Below, one piece after another: positions 13,993 to 23,059 of a stretch of 64,000 bases of DNA. This stretch comes from Actinomycetales bacterium (lineage in GTDB: Bacteria; Actinomycetota; Actinomycetes; S36-B12), in the NCBI GenBank assembly GCA_018970025.1, contig JAGWXF010000015.1, forward strand, positions 109 to 64,108. Direction: 5' to 3'. The notes beneath the pieces were generated by a model that had not been told where the DNA came from, did no database searches, and saw only the letters and a list, made by a program, of their open reading frames with translations. Each line of letters opens with the position of its first letter. Position 1 is the stretch's first letter. Both the position numbers and the translations under genes were made by a program.

Positions 13993-15150
13993 ATGATCCA
14001 GAGGCAGGCGCTGACCCTGCTGAAGCGGCAAGCGCTGACCCTGCTGGCCGCCTCCCTCGCCATCCTGGTGGGTGCGGTGGCCCTCGCCGCTCCCTCATCG
14101 GCCGCGCCATCCGCATCGCCGAGCCCATCAGCATCGCCGAGCCCATCCCCCTCGGCCCCGGCGCTTCCGAAGCTGCCGACCTCTCCGACCCTGCGCCTGG
14201 GCTTCTTCGCCAACGTGACGCATGCGCCGGCGCTGGTCGCCCGGCAGCTCCTGCTCTTCGAGCAGATCCTGGGCAAGGAGGGCACGAACGTGGAGTACAC
14301 GACGTTCAACGCCGGCCCGGCGGTGATCGAGGCCATGAAGGCCGGGGCGATCGACTGCTCCTACATCGGCCCGAACCCGGCTGTCGCTGGCTTCACCTCA
14401 ACTGGCGGGCAGCTCCTGCGCATCGTCTCCGGGGCCACCTCCGGCGGCGCCCAGCTCGTCGTCAAGCCGAGCATCAACTCCGCAGCCGACCTGCGCGGCA
14501 AGAAGCTCGCCAGCCCGCAGCTGGGCAACACCCAGGACGTCGCCCTGCGCGCCTACCTGAAGGAGAACGGCTACACGACCTCCATCGCCGGCACCGGTGA
14601 TGTCACCGTGATCCCGACCGAGAACGCGCAGACCCTCACCCTGTTCAAGCGGGGCGACATCGACGGGGCCTGGGTTCCCGAGCCCTGGGCCTCGCGGCTC
14701 GTGCTGGAGGCCGGGGCGAAGGTCCTGGTGGACGAGAAGACCCTGTGGCCCAATCAGCAGTTCGTCACGACCCAGATCATCTGCAGCAAGGCCTTCCTGG
14801 ACCAGTACCCCGGCACCGTGCGGAGCCTGATCCAGGTGAACAACAGCGCCATCCGCTACATCGCGCTCAACGTCGCCAAGTCCAAGGACCTCGTCCAGGA
14901 GCAGATCACCAAGATCACCGGCAAGCCGCTGCCCGACTCGGTCATCAGCCGCTCATGGGGCAACCTGCGATTCACCTGGGATCCGCTGCCCGCCACCCTC
15001 AAGAAGAGTGCGGACGATGCGGTCTACGCCGGCCTGCTGCAGCTGCCGCCGACCGGCCTGAACGGGATCTACGACCTGCGCCTGCTGAATACCGTGCTGA
15101 AGGCCTCGCGGGCCCGCACCGTGACCGCCGGCGGACTCGGCCAGCAGTAG
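13993..15150 (+). CDS. ABC transporter substrate-binding protein, NitT/TauT (SsuA/NMT1-like) family
   Basis: Signal/anchor segment, a Ser/Pro linker, then LRLGFFANVTHAPALVA...AMKAGAIDCSYIGPNPA. Followed by the cognate ATPase and permease. Confidence 0.85.
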   Translation: MIQRQALTLLKRQALTLLAASLAILVGAVALAAPSSAAPSASPSPSASPSPSPSAPALPKLPTSPTLRLGFFANVTHAPALVARQLLLFEQILGKEGTNVEYTTFNAGPAVIEAMKAGAIDCSYIGPNPAVAGFTSTGGQLLRIVSGATSGGAQLVVKPSINSAADLRGKKLASPQLGNTQDVALRAYLKENGYTTSIAGTGDVTVIPTENAQTLTLFKRGDIDGAWVPEPWASRLVLEAGAKVLVDEKTLWPNQQFVTTQIICSKAFLDQYPGTVRSLIQVNNSAIRYIALNVAKSKDLVQEQITKITGKPLPDSVISRSWGNLRFTWDPLPATLKKSADDAVYAGLLQLPPTGLNGIYDLRLLNTVLKASRARTVTAGGLGQQ

Positions 15151-15165
15151 TCGCGCGGCCCCCTT

Positions 15166-15208
15166 GGGCGCGCCGCCCTCCGTCACCTCGACGGCGGGCG
15201 GCGCGCCC
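15166..15208 (+). terminator. 13-bp-stem GC hairpin directly after the binding-protein gene
   Basis: GGGCGCGCCGCCC (15166-15178) pairs with GGGCGGCGCGCCC (15196-15208), with a 17-nt loop. No U-tract. Confidence 0.45.
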
Positions 15209-15214
15209 ACGTCT

Positions 15215-15262
15215 CAGCAATATCCATAGAAGTAATTTTCACCATTGACAAGGTAGGGTTTG
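15215..15262 (+). promoter_or_regulatory. Strikingly A/T-rich segment with TTGACA (15245-15250) and TAGGGT (15254-15259) just before ATG 15266
   Basis: Read directly: cagcaatatccatagaagtaattttcaccattgacaaggtagggttt. TAGGGT ends 6 nt before the ATG, so a possible -10 for a leaderless transcript. Confidence 0.35.
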
Positions 15263-15265
15263 CCC

Positions 15266-16054
15266 ATGACTGTCACGACCGGGCCTGTGGCCGACTCACC
15301 GGCCGAGGGCCGCCAGGAGTACGCCGTCACCATCGACCATGTCAGCAAGCGGTACGTCCAGGATGGCCCGATCGTCCTGGAGGACCTATGCCTCGACGTC
15401 CGGCCCGGGGAGTTCGTCTCGATCGTCGGGGCCTCCGGCTGCGGGAAGTCGACCCTGCTGAACATCCTGGCCGGCCTCGACAAGCCCACCACCGGGACCA
15501 TCGCGACCAGCGACCGGCCCACCCTCATCTTCCAGGAGCCGGCGCTCATGCCCTGGCTCACCGCCGGCCGAAACGTCGAGCTGGCCCTGTACCTGCGCGG
15601 GGGCATGACCCGCGCCCAGCGCAAGGCGCGGGCGCAGGAGCTCCTGGCGATGGTGAATCTCGACCGGTCCTACAACCAGCGCCCGCATGAGCTGTCGGGC
15701 GGCATGCGGCAGCGCGTGGCGATCGCCCGAGCACTGGCCCAGGGACGGTCCATTCTGCTCATGGACGAGCCGTTCGCCGCCCTCGACGCCATCACCCGCG
15801 ACCTGCTGCACGACGAGCTCACCCTCATCTGGGAGGAGACCGGGCTCACGGTGCTCTTCGTCACGCACAACGTTCGCGAGGCCGTCCGCCTGGGCCAGCG
15901 CGTGCTGCTGATGTCATCCCGGCCCGGGCGATTCATCCGCCAGTGGGACGTCCGCATCGACGGCACCAGGCGGATCGACTCCCCGGCCGTGGCCGACCTG
16001 GCCAGCCAGATCACCGATGACCTGCGCGAGGAGATCCGCCGCCATGCCAAGTAG
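15266..16054 (+). CDS. ABC transporter ATP-binding protein (NitT/TauT family)
   Basis: Walker A GASGCGKST, signature LSGGMRQRV, Walker B LLMDEPFAALD. Confidence 0.9.
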   Translation: MTVTTGPVADSPAEGRQEYAVTIDHVSKRYVQDGPIVLEDLCLDVRPGEFVSIVGASGCGKSTLLNILAGLDKPTTGTIATSDRPTLIFQEPALMPWLTAGRNVELALYLRGGMTRAQRKARAQELLAMVNLDRSYNQRPHELSGGMRQRVAIARALAQGRSILLMDEPFAALDAITRDLLHDELTLIWEETGLTVLFVTHNVREAVRLGQRVLLMSSRPGRFIRQWDVRIDGTRRIDSPAVADLASQITDDLREEIRRHAK

Positions 16055-17003
16055 CAGCCTGCCGACGAGCAACGAGCTGGACGCGACCGGGCGTGACCTC
16101 GGTCAGCCCGAGGTCACCCAGCCTGATGTCACGCCGGCGGAGATCGCCCAGCAGGGCCGACGACTCAGCGAGCTGAATGCCGGGCTCGACGCCCTGGAGA
16201 CCACCGATGTCATGCGGCGGCCGATCACCGCCGGGGTGGTCCGGGCCCTGTCCCCCCTCCTGGCCATCGCCGTCGTCGTCCTCATCTGGCAGTTCCTGAC
16301 CTGGCTGCGCTGGCAGCCCGAGTGGATCCTGCCCTCGCCGCAGGGCGTCTGGAATGCGCTGTGGGGGCAGTACGAGCAGGGACTCCTGGTCGAGTCGGTC
16401 ATCAACAGCATCCGCAGGGCCGCCCAGGGCTTTGTGATCTCCATCATCGTCGCCACGCCCATCGGCCTGGCACTGGGTCTGGTCAAGCCGCTGCGCGCGA
16501 TCTTCGGCCCGATCCTGGTGGGCCTGCAGCAACTGCCCTCCGTTGCCTGGGTCCCGGCCGCGATCATCTGGTTCGGGCTGTCGGACGCGACCATCTACGC
16601 GGTGGTCCTGCTCGGAGCGATCCCCTCGATCACCAACGGCCTGCTCGCCGGGATGGACCAGATCCCGCCGATCTACCTGCGCGCCGGAGATGTCCTCGGC
16701 GCTCGCGGGCTGAACCGGATCACCCGAATCGTGCTCCCGGCCGCCTGGCCGGGCTACCTCGCCGGTCTGGAGCAGGGCTGGGCGTTCGCCTGGCGCTCGC
16801 TGATGGCGGCCGAGCTGATCGCCGTCTCCCCGGCACTGGGCCTGGGCATCGGTCAGATGCTCGACATCGGCCGCCAGCTCGGCGACATGGCCCTGGTCAT
16901 CGGCTCGATCCTGGTGATCCTGTTCGTCGGCGTGCTGGTCGAGCGGGTGGTGTTCAATCCCATCCGGACCCGGACCCTGCGCAACCGGGGATTGATGCGC
17001 TAG
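16044..17003 (+). CDS. ABC transporter permease (NitT/TauT family)
   Basis: Multi-TM protein with a BPD-transporter-like segment LPAAWPGYLAGLEQGWAFAWRSLMAAELI. ATG 16044 overlaps the ATPase gene end by 11 nt. Confidence 0.88.
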   Translation: MPSSSLPTSNELDATGRDLGQPEVTQPDVTPAEIAQQGRRLSELNAGLDALETTDVMRRPITAGVVRALSPLLAIAVVVLIWQFLTWLRWQPEWILPSPQGVWNALWGQYEQGLLVESVINSIRRAAQGFVISIIVATPIGLALGLVKPLRAIFGPILVGLQQLPSVAWVPAAIIWFGLSDATIYAVVLLGAIPSITNGLLAGMDQIPPIYLRAGDVLGARGLNRITRIVLPAAWPGYLAGLEQGWAFAWRSLMAAELIAVSPALGLGIGQMLDIGRQLGDMALVIGSILVILFVGVLVERVVFNPIRTRTLRNRGLMR

Positions 17004-17042
17004 CCGGTCGAGGGCGACGAGCGCCATGCGTACCATCGCGAG

Positions 17043-17642
17043 GTGGCAGATCGAGCAGACATCGGCGATCACTTCGACCGCTTCCCGCCCGCCCAGCGCC
17101 AGGCCCTGACCCGCACCTGGCAGGCGATCGGCTCCCTGCTGCCCGGTGCCCGGGCCGCTATCGCCTACGGCATGCCGACGATGCAGGCTGATGGCGTGAG
17201 CGTCGTCGGGCTCGATGGATTCACGCGCCACAACAGCCTGTTCCCCTACAGCGGGGGCATCACCTCGCTGCTGCGGCAGGAGCTGGCCGGTTTTCAGCAG
17301 ACCAAGGGCTCCATCCACTTCCCATGTGACGAGCCGTTCCCCACTGCCCTGCTCAGGCGCATCCTGCGCGCGCGCATCGAGGAGATCAACGCTGGCTATC
17401 CCCGGGGGTCAGGCGAGTCCAAGGCGTTCTACGACAACGGCTATCTCAAGTCCGCCGGACGCTACAAGGACGGTCACCTGCACGGCTCCTGGCGGTGGTG
17501 TCGCCGGGACGGCTCCCTGATGCGCACCGGGAGCTTCCGGCTCGGCACCCAGGTGGGCGAGTGGACCACCTACGATCGCGCCGGCAACCCGGTGAAGGTC
17601 ACGCAGATGACGGATGCAGGCCGAGGCAAAGGAGGGGCGTGA
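17043..17642 (+). CDS. DUF1801 (YdhG-like) domain fused to MORN-variant (YwqK-like) repeats
   Basis: GTG start. The N-terminal half (FDRFPPAQRQAL...AYGMPT...TKGSIHFPCDEP) resembles DUF1801. The C-terminal part (YDNGYLKSAGRYKDGHLHGSWRWCRRDGSLMRTGSFRLGTQVGEWTTYD) resembles MORN/YwqK repeats. Confidence 0.6.
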   Translation: MADRADIGDHFDRFPPAQRQALTRTWQAIGSLLPGARAAIAYGMPTMQADGVSVVGLDGFTRHNSLFPYSGGITSLLRQELAGFQQTKGSIHFPCDEPFPTALLRRILRARIEEINAGYPRGSGESKAFYDNGYLKSAGRYKDGHLHGSWRWCRRDGSLMRTGSFRLGTQVGEWTTYDRAGNPVKVTQMTDAGRGKGGA

Positions 17643-18055
17643 GGGCACTTGGCTGGCTCGCAGTGGCCATCTCGGCATTGAGCGTGCTGCTCGGCATCAG
17701 CCCGGCGCTCATCGCCCTGGTCAGCGGCGACGAAGGATGGAGGTCCGCCGGCTGGGCCTACATGTTCGCGACGGTCCCCCTCGGGGTCCTCGGGATGGTC
17801 ATCGCCGGCATCCTCGCGCTGATCGCATGCGCGATGGGCCTGGCCCGGGGTGCCGCAGTGCCAGGAGCGCTCGGGATCGTCGGCATCATCGGCTCGATCG
17901 TCATCGGCATTGCCAGTGGCGTGCTGGCATCGGCCTCGGCGGACTCCGGCGAGCAGATCATGGCCATCGGCGTGATCCTGGCCGGCTCGGCATTCCTCCT
18001 CGGGCTCGCGGGCACGATCTGGGCCGGGTTCGCCGCGCGACGACCAGGCCGCTGA
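17639..18055 (+). CDS. Small integral membrane protein (138 aa, about 4 TM)
   Basis: GTG 17639 overlaps the preceding stop (GTGA) and is preceded by GGAGGGG. Hydrophobic Gly/Ala/Ile-rich helices. Confidence 0.55.
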   Translation: MRALGWLAVAISALSVLLGISPALIALVSGDEGWRSAGWAYMFATVPLGVLGMVIAGILALIACAMGLARGAAVPGALGIVGIIGSIVIGIASGVLASASADSGEQIMAIGVILAGSAFLLGLAGTIWAGFAARRPGR

Positions 18056-18079
18056 GGCTCACCAGCAGCGCACCGACGA

Positions 18080-19039
18080 TCAGCCCTTGCGCTTGTTCAC
18101 TTCCTCGGTCAGCTGCGGCACGACGCTGAACAGGTCTCCGACGACGCCGTAGTCAGCGAGCTCGAAGATCGGCGCCTCGGCATCCTTGTTGATCGCGACG
18201 ATGGTCTTGGAGGTCTGCATCCCCGCGCGGTGCTGGATCGCGCCGGAGATCCCGGCGGCGACATACAGCTGCGGCGAGACGGTCTTGCCCGTCTGGCCGA
18301 CCTGATACTGATGCGGATACCAGCCGGCGTCCGTGGCAGCGCGCGAGGCTCCGACCGCCGCCCCCAGGCTGTCAGCCAGCGCCTCGATCACGCCGAAGCC
18401 CTCCGGGCCGCCGACCCCTCGGCCGCCCGAGACGACGATGGAGGCCTCCGCGAGATCCGGCCGGCCACCGGCGACTGCGACCGCACGGCCGGTGATCGTG
18501 GCCTTGCGCCCCGCCTCGCTCAGGCTGACATCCAGGTCAACCCGGGCCGGCAGCCCGCCACCGGTTGCCATGGCCTCGACGGCGTTCGGGCGCACCGTGA
18601 TGATCGGGGTTCCCTTGGTGACCCGCGAGTGAACCACGGTCGAGCCGCCGAAGACGCTCTGGGTGCAGGTGGCGTCCGCGGCAATCTCCACGGCATCGGT
18701 GATGATCCCCGACTGCGTGCGCACGGCCAGCCGGCCAGCAGCCTCCTTGCCGTCCGCAGTCGACGCAACCAGGACGGCACTGGGCGAGCGCTGGGCGACC
18801 AGTGCCGCAAGGGCCTCGGCAGCGGGAGCGACCAGTGCCTCCGCGACCCCCGGGCCATCAGCGACCACGACCGTGCCTGCGCCGTACGAGCCCAGCACGG
18901 CACCCGCCTGGTCGGTGTACCCGGGGCCGATCCATACCGCGACCGGCTCGCCGATCGCGGCCGCAGCGGTCAGCAGCTCGGTCGTGACCTTCTTGACCGT
19001 GCCCGCCGCCTGCTCCACCAGAACCAGTACCTCGCCCAT
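18080..19039 (-). CDS. etfA: Electron transfer flavoprotein alpha subunit
   Basis: C-terminal FAD-binding region [19 protein letters not shown]...IVAINKD. Confidence 0.93.
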   Translation of the reverse strand: MGEVLVLVEQAAGTVKKVTTELLTAAAAIGEPVAVWIGPGYTDQAGAVLGSYGAGTVVVADGPGVAEALVAPAAEALAALVAQRSPSAVLVASTADGKEAAGRLAVRTQSGIITDAVEIAADATCTQSVFGGSTVVHSRVTKGTPIITVRPNAVEAMATGGGLPARVDLDVSLSEAGRKATITGRAVAVAGGRPDLAEASIVVSGGRGVGGPEGFGVIEALADSLGAAVGASRAATDAGWYPHQYQVGQTGKTVSPQLYVAAGISGAIQHRAGMQTSKTIVAINKDAEAPIFELADYGVVGDLFSVVPQLTEEVNKRKG

Positions 19040-19101
19040 GACGCCTTCTTCTCCTCAGGCTGCTGACTGAACCGTCGAATCCCTGCGAACCGCGCTGATC
19101 C

Positions 19102-19881
19102 CTAGATGAGCTTCTGCTCGACGAGGTAGGACGCCACCTGGGCTCCTCCATCGCCCTCGTCGGTCACGACCGTGCCCGCAGCCTTGGCCGGGCGGGCCGC
19201 GAAGTCGGCGACCTCGCTCCATGCGCCTGACGCTCCGACTGCCGCGGCGTCCAGGCCCAGGGAGGCGATATCGAGTGACTCCACGGGCTTCTTCTTCGCC
19301 GCCATGATGCCCTTGAAGGATGGGTAGCGGGGCTCGTTGATCTTCTCGACCACGCTCAGCACGACCGGCATCGAGGCCCTGACCGAGACGGTCTCGCCGT
19401 CGCCGGCACGCTCGATCGCAACGGTCGTGCCGTCCACATCGACCTTCTGGGCGAAGGTGAGCATGGCCCAGCCGAGCCGCTCGGCCACCATCGCGGGCAC
19501 GACGGACATGCGAGCATCAGTGGACTCCGAGCCGAAGATCACCACGTCGAAATCACGGCCGTCGAGCGCACGCGCCAGGACCAGGCTGGTGGCCAGGGCA
19601 TCCGAGCCGGCGAGCCCGTCGTCGCTGACGTGGATGGCGGCATCGGCACCCATGCTGAGGGCCTTGCGCACGCTCTCAGCAGCCCGCTCCGGGCCCATCG
19701 AGACAATCGTGACCTCGCCGCCGTGCGCCTCGACCAGCCGCAGGGCCTCCTCGACGGCATACTCGTCAAGCTCGTTCAGCACGCCGTCGGCGGACTCGCG
19801 ATCCAGTCGCCGGTCGGACTCGCGCAACCGCTTCTCAGCCCAGGTGTCCGGGACCTGCTTCACGCACACCGCGATCTTCAC
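19102..19881 (-). CDS. etfB: Electron transfer flavoprotein beta subunit
   Basis: GTG 19881 preceded by GGAGGG. Reads VKIAVCVKQVPDTWAEKRL. Confidence 0.93.
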   Translation of the reverse strand: MKIAVCVKQVPDTWAEKRLRESDRRLDRESADGVLNELDEYAVEEALRLVEAHGGEVTIVSMGPERAAESVRKALSMGADAAIHVSDDGLAGSDALATSLVLARALDGRDFDVVIFGSESTDARMSVVPAMVAERLGWAMLTFAQKVDVDGTTVAIERAGDGETVSVRASMPVVLSVVEKINEPRYPSFKGIMAAKKKPVESLDIASLGLDAAAVGASGAWSEVADFAARPAKAAGTVVTDEGDGGAQVASYLVEQKLI

Positions 19882-19928
19882 TGCCTGCACCCTCCGTTGC
19901 CGAATGCTGCTGCGCACTGCCGTGCTCT

Positions 19929-19946
19929 GATAAGCGCCCGCTTATC
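19929..19946. promoter_or_regulatory. Palindrome GATAAGCG-CC-CGCTTATC in the etfB / methyltransferase divergent region
   Basis: 8-bp perfect arms read directly, 48 nt upstream of the etfB GTG. Same core as the site at 39765-39782. Confidence 0.5.
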
Positions 19947-19988
19947 GCCTGTCAGGGACAACCTAGCAAGGCCTGCGGAGACGGCCAG

Positions 19989-20780
19989 TTGAGCCCGTCT
20001 AGTGTCGAGCACGTGCCCGTTGAGGAAGTCCAGCAGCGACGGCATCGGCTCATGACCGGGGAGCGCACCTGCCCAGGGCTGGCCGAGGAGGCCTACTGGT
20101 TTCCCCGCCACGAGGCGGCCTACCGGTGGGCCGTGCGCGAGATGGGTCCGATACGAGCCGCCTGCGATGCCGGCAGCGGCGAGGGATACGGCGTTGCCCT
20201 GCTGAGCCAGGTGGCGCAGTTCGCCTGCGGCATCGAGCTCGACCCCGATGCGTGCCGGCACGCGGCCGCAACCTACCCGCACGCACCCGTGGTCCGCGCC
20301 AATCTCATCGCGCTGCCCATGCGCGACCAGGCCTTCGACCGCGTCGTCAGCATGCAGGTCATCGAGCACCTCTGGGACGTCCCCGGCTACCTCGCCGAGC
20401 TCGTGCGCATCACCGCCCCCGGCGGGCGCCTGGTGATCTCCACGCCGAATCGACCCGTCTTCTCACCTGGCCTGGGCCGAGGCGAGAGGCCATTGAATCC
20501 CTTCCACCAGCAGGAGTTCGATGCCGAGCAGCTGCACGACCTGCTGGCCGCCTCGGGGCTGGTCGAGGTGGGCGTGCATGGCCTGCGGCATGGCCCACGC
20601 ATCGCGGCCTGGGAGGCCGAGCACGGGCCGCTCGTGCCAGCGCTCATCACCGCCCACGTCTGCGGCACCTGGCCGCCCGGGCTGCGGGCATTCGCACAGG
20701 AGGTGACCTGGGAGGACTTCGCCATCGCAGGCGCGGACGGCGCCGAGGACCTGATCGCGGTTGCCCGGGCGCGATGGTGA
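19989..20780 (+). CDS. Class I SAM-dependent methyltransferase (Rv3030-like position)
   Basis: Motif I CDAGSGEGYG, later RLVISTPN. Start uncertain: TTG 19989 or ATG 20052. Confidence 0.85.
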   Translation: MSPSSVEHVPVEEVQQRRHRLMTGERTCPGLAEEAYWFPRHEAAYRWAVREMGPIRAACDAGSGEGYGVALLSQVAQFACGIELDPDACRHAAATYPHAPVVRANLIALPMRDQAFDRVVSMQVIEHLWDVPGYLAELVRITAPGGRLVISTPNRPVFSPGLGRGERPLNPFHQQEFDAEQLHDLLAASGLVEVGVHGLRHGPRIAAWEAEHGPLVPALITAHVCGTWPPGLRAFAQEVTWEDFAIAGADGAEDLIAVARARW

Positions 20781-20796
20781 TGGACGCGCAGGACCG

Positions 20797-22314
20797 ATGA
20801 AGTCGATCGGATCCCTGGCCCTGGTCCTGCACACCCACCTGCCCTGGCTCCCCGGACATGGCACCTGGCCCGTCGGCGAGGAGTGGCTCTACCAGGCATG
20901 GTCCGGCTCCTACCTGCGGCTGGTCGACCTGCTGCTGGCGCTGCAGGCCGATGGCCGCCGAGACGTGCTCACCCTGGGCGTGACGCCGACCATCGCGGCC
21001 ATGCTGGATGACCCCGCCTGCCTGGCCGCCGAGCACACCTGGCTGGCCGACTGGCAGCTGCGGGCCACCGGGATGTGCGCCGACCGCAACGCCGGTCGCC
21101 GCCGGACCGGCCAGCGGGAGTTCGCCGAGGCCTCCAGGGCCCTGGCCGCCTTCGAGACCCGCTGGCAGCGCGGCGCCTCGCCGCTCCTGCGGGACCTCAG
21201 CGATACGAGGGTGATCGAGATCCTCGGCGGTCCCCTCATGCATCCCTTCCAGCCGCTCCTGCAGCCGGCCACCCAGCGCGCTGCCCTGGCCTGGGGCCTG
21301 CAGGACGCACGCCTGCGCCTCGGCCAGCGGCCCGTCGGCCTATGGGCGCCGGAGTGCGGCTACGCACCAGGGCTCGAGTCGAGCTACGCCCGGGAGGGCA
21401 TCTCGCACTTCCTGGTGGATGGCCCGACCATGCGGGCAGCGGGCCACGACACCTTCGCGGGGCGGACGGTCGCGGGCAGCGGGGTCGTTGCGTTCGCCCG
21501 CGACCTCGATGTCACCTATCGAGTGTGGTCGCCGCGGCGGGGATATCCAGGGGGCAAGTGGTACCGGGACTTCCATACCTATGACCACGCGTGGGGCGTG
21601 CGGCCATCGCGGGTCACCAGCCGCCAGACACCGCCGCATCAGAAGGCGCCGTACGACCCGCAGCGGGCTCGGCAAGCCGTGCAGGCAGACGCGGCCGACT
21701 TCGTGGAAGTGGTCCGGCAGCGCCTGGCCGCCGCGCCCACGGCGCGGCCGCTGGTCGTGGCCGCGTACGACACCGAGCTCTTCGGCCACTGGTGGCATGA
21801 GGGGCCCCAGTGGCTCGCCGAGGTCGTGCGCCTGCTGCCCGAGGCCGGGATCGCCACCACCACCCTGCACCGGGCCGTCCGGGACGGACTTGTCGCAGGG
21901 AATGCCGACCTGCCGGCCGGATCCTGGGGATCCGGCAAGGACTGGCGCGTGTGGGATGGCGTCCAGGTGCAGGACCTTCGACATGCGAGCGCTGACCTGG
22001 AGTCGCAGGTCGTCGAGGCCATCCGGGATTCGCTCGACGGCACGCCATCCCAGCGCGACCCGGTCCTGGATCAGATGGCGCGCGAGCTGCTGCTGACGTG
22101 CTCGAGCGACTGGGCTTTCATGGTGACGAAGGACTCCGCAGCGGACTACGCGCGGCGCCGGGCGCAGGAGCATCGCCAGCGGGCGCTGGCTCTCGTGCAG
22201 GCGGTGCGGTCCGGCGACGCCCGGCAGGCAGCGCACCTGGTTGCCGAGCAGCGAGTCCAGGATCGCGGATTCGGGCATGTGGACGCTCGTCTGCTGGAAC
22301 GACCGTCGGGCTAG
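20797..22314 (+). CDS. Glycoside hydrolase family 57 protein (alpha-glucan branching-type, Rv3031-like)
   Basis: N-terminal LALVLHTHLPWL motif and about 505 aa. Flanked by methyltransferase and GT4 genes. Confidence 0.85.
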   Translation: MKSIGSLALVLHTHLPWLPGHGTWPVGEEWLYQAWSGSYLRLVDLLLALQADGRRDVLTLGVTPTIAAMLDDPACLAAEHTWLADWQLRATGMCADRNAGRRRTGQREFAEASRALAAFETRWQRGASPLLRDLSDTRVIEILGGPLMHPFQPLLQPATQRAALAWGLQDARLRLGQRPVGLWAPECGYAPGLESSYAREGISHFLVDGPTMRAAGHDTFAGRTVAGSGVVAFARDLDVTYRVWSPRRGYPGGKWYRDFHTYDHAWGVRPSRVTSRQTPPHQKAPYDPQRARQAVQADAADFVEVVRQRLAAAPTARPLVVAAYDTELFGHWWHEGPQWLAEVVRLLPEAGIATTTLHRAVRDGLVAGNADLPAGSWGSGKDWRVWDGVQVQDLRHASADLESQVVEAIRDSLDGTPSQRDPVLDQMARELLLTCSSDWAFMVTKDSAADYARRRAQEHRQRALALVQAVRSGDARQAAHLVAEQRVQDRGFGHVDARLLERPSG

Positions 22315-23006
22315 CCAGCGTCCGCGGCCACCGGGCCCTGATCGGCGAGTTCACCCTGCTGCTGCGCTGCGAGCGAGGTCTTGCGCGCGATGTCCGCCAG
22401 CGCGGCTCGGTGCTGCTCGCGCTCGGCATAGGCGACCCGGCGGTCCTTGATGACGCGCGCGGGTACCCCGGCCACGATGCTGTAGTCAGGAATCTGCCCT
22501 CGCACCACGGCATGGGCCGCCACGACAGTGCCCTGCCCGATCACCGTGCCGCGCAGGACGGTCGCCTTCGCCCCGATCCACACGTCGGGTCCGACGCGCA
22601 CCGGCGCCTTGACGATCCCCTGGTCCTTGATCGGCCGATGGATGTCGTCGGTGACGTGGTCGAAGTCGCAGACATAGACCCAGTCCGCGACGATCGTGCC
22701 CTCGCCGAACTCGACGTCCAGGTAGGCGTTGACGGTGTTGTCACGGCCGAAGACGCACTTGTCCCCCACGGCGAGGGTCCCCTCATGGCAGCGCAGGCGA
22801 TTCTCATCGCCGATGTGCACCCAGCGGCCGAGGATGATGCGACCGTAGCCGCGCCGGGCGTGGATCTGCACGCGGCGGCCGATGAACACCATCCCGGTCA
22901 CGATGACGTGCGGATGGCGGATGCGCAACACCATGAGCCGGTAGTAGCGCACCAGGTACCACCAGCTCCACGCCCGATTGCGGATGATCCAGCGCAGCGA
23001 GGCCAT
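22311..23006 (-). CDS. Hexapeptide-repeat acyltransferase (Rv3034c-like)
   Basis: ATG 23006 (MASLRWII). Left-handed beta-helix repeats VGDKCVFGRDNTV...VGPDVWIGAKATVLRGTVIGQGTVVAAHAVV. The longer tracked ORF overlaps the GT4 gene. Confidence 0.85.
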   Translation of the reverse strand: MASLRWIIRNRAWSWWYLVRYYRLMVLRIRHPHVIVTGMVFIGRRVQIHARRGYGRIILGRWVHIGDENRLRCHEGTLAVGDKCVFGRDNTVNAYLDVEFGEGTIVADWVYVCDFDHVTDDIHRPIKDQGIVKAPVRVGPDVWIGAKATVLRGTVIGQGTVVAAHAVVRGQIPDYSIVAGVPARVIKDRRVAYAEREQHRAALADIARKTSLAAQQQGELADQGPVAADAG

Positions 23007-23059
23007 GGTGACGAAGCGCGCCTGCCTCGGGTCACGCCGGCTGCCAGCCACGGGCCTAT

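Noticed and set aside
16011-17318. Long alternative-frame/antisense ORFs throughout the track. Examples: 16011-17318 (435 aa), 5006-6247, 7974-9410, 34120-35424, 35361-36764, 37933-39711, 41235-43097, 31539-33182
   Set aside because: They overlap genes with unmistakable family motifs. They are Arg/Gly/Pro/Ala-rich with low-complexity composition and lack the G/C-third-position signature in their own frame. These are typical stop-poor shadow frames of high-GC DNA.
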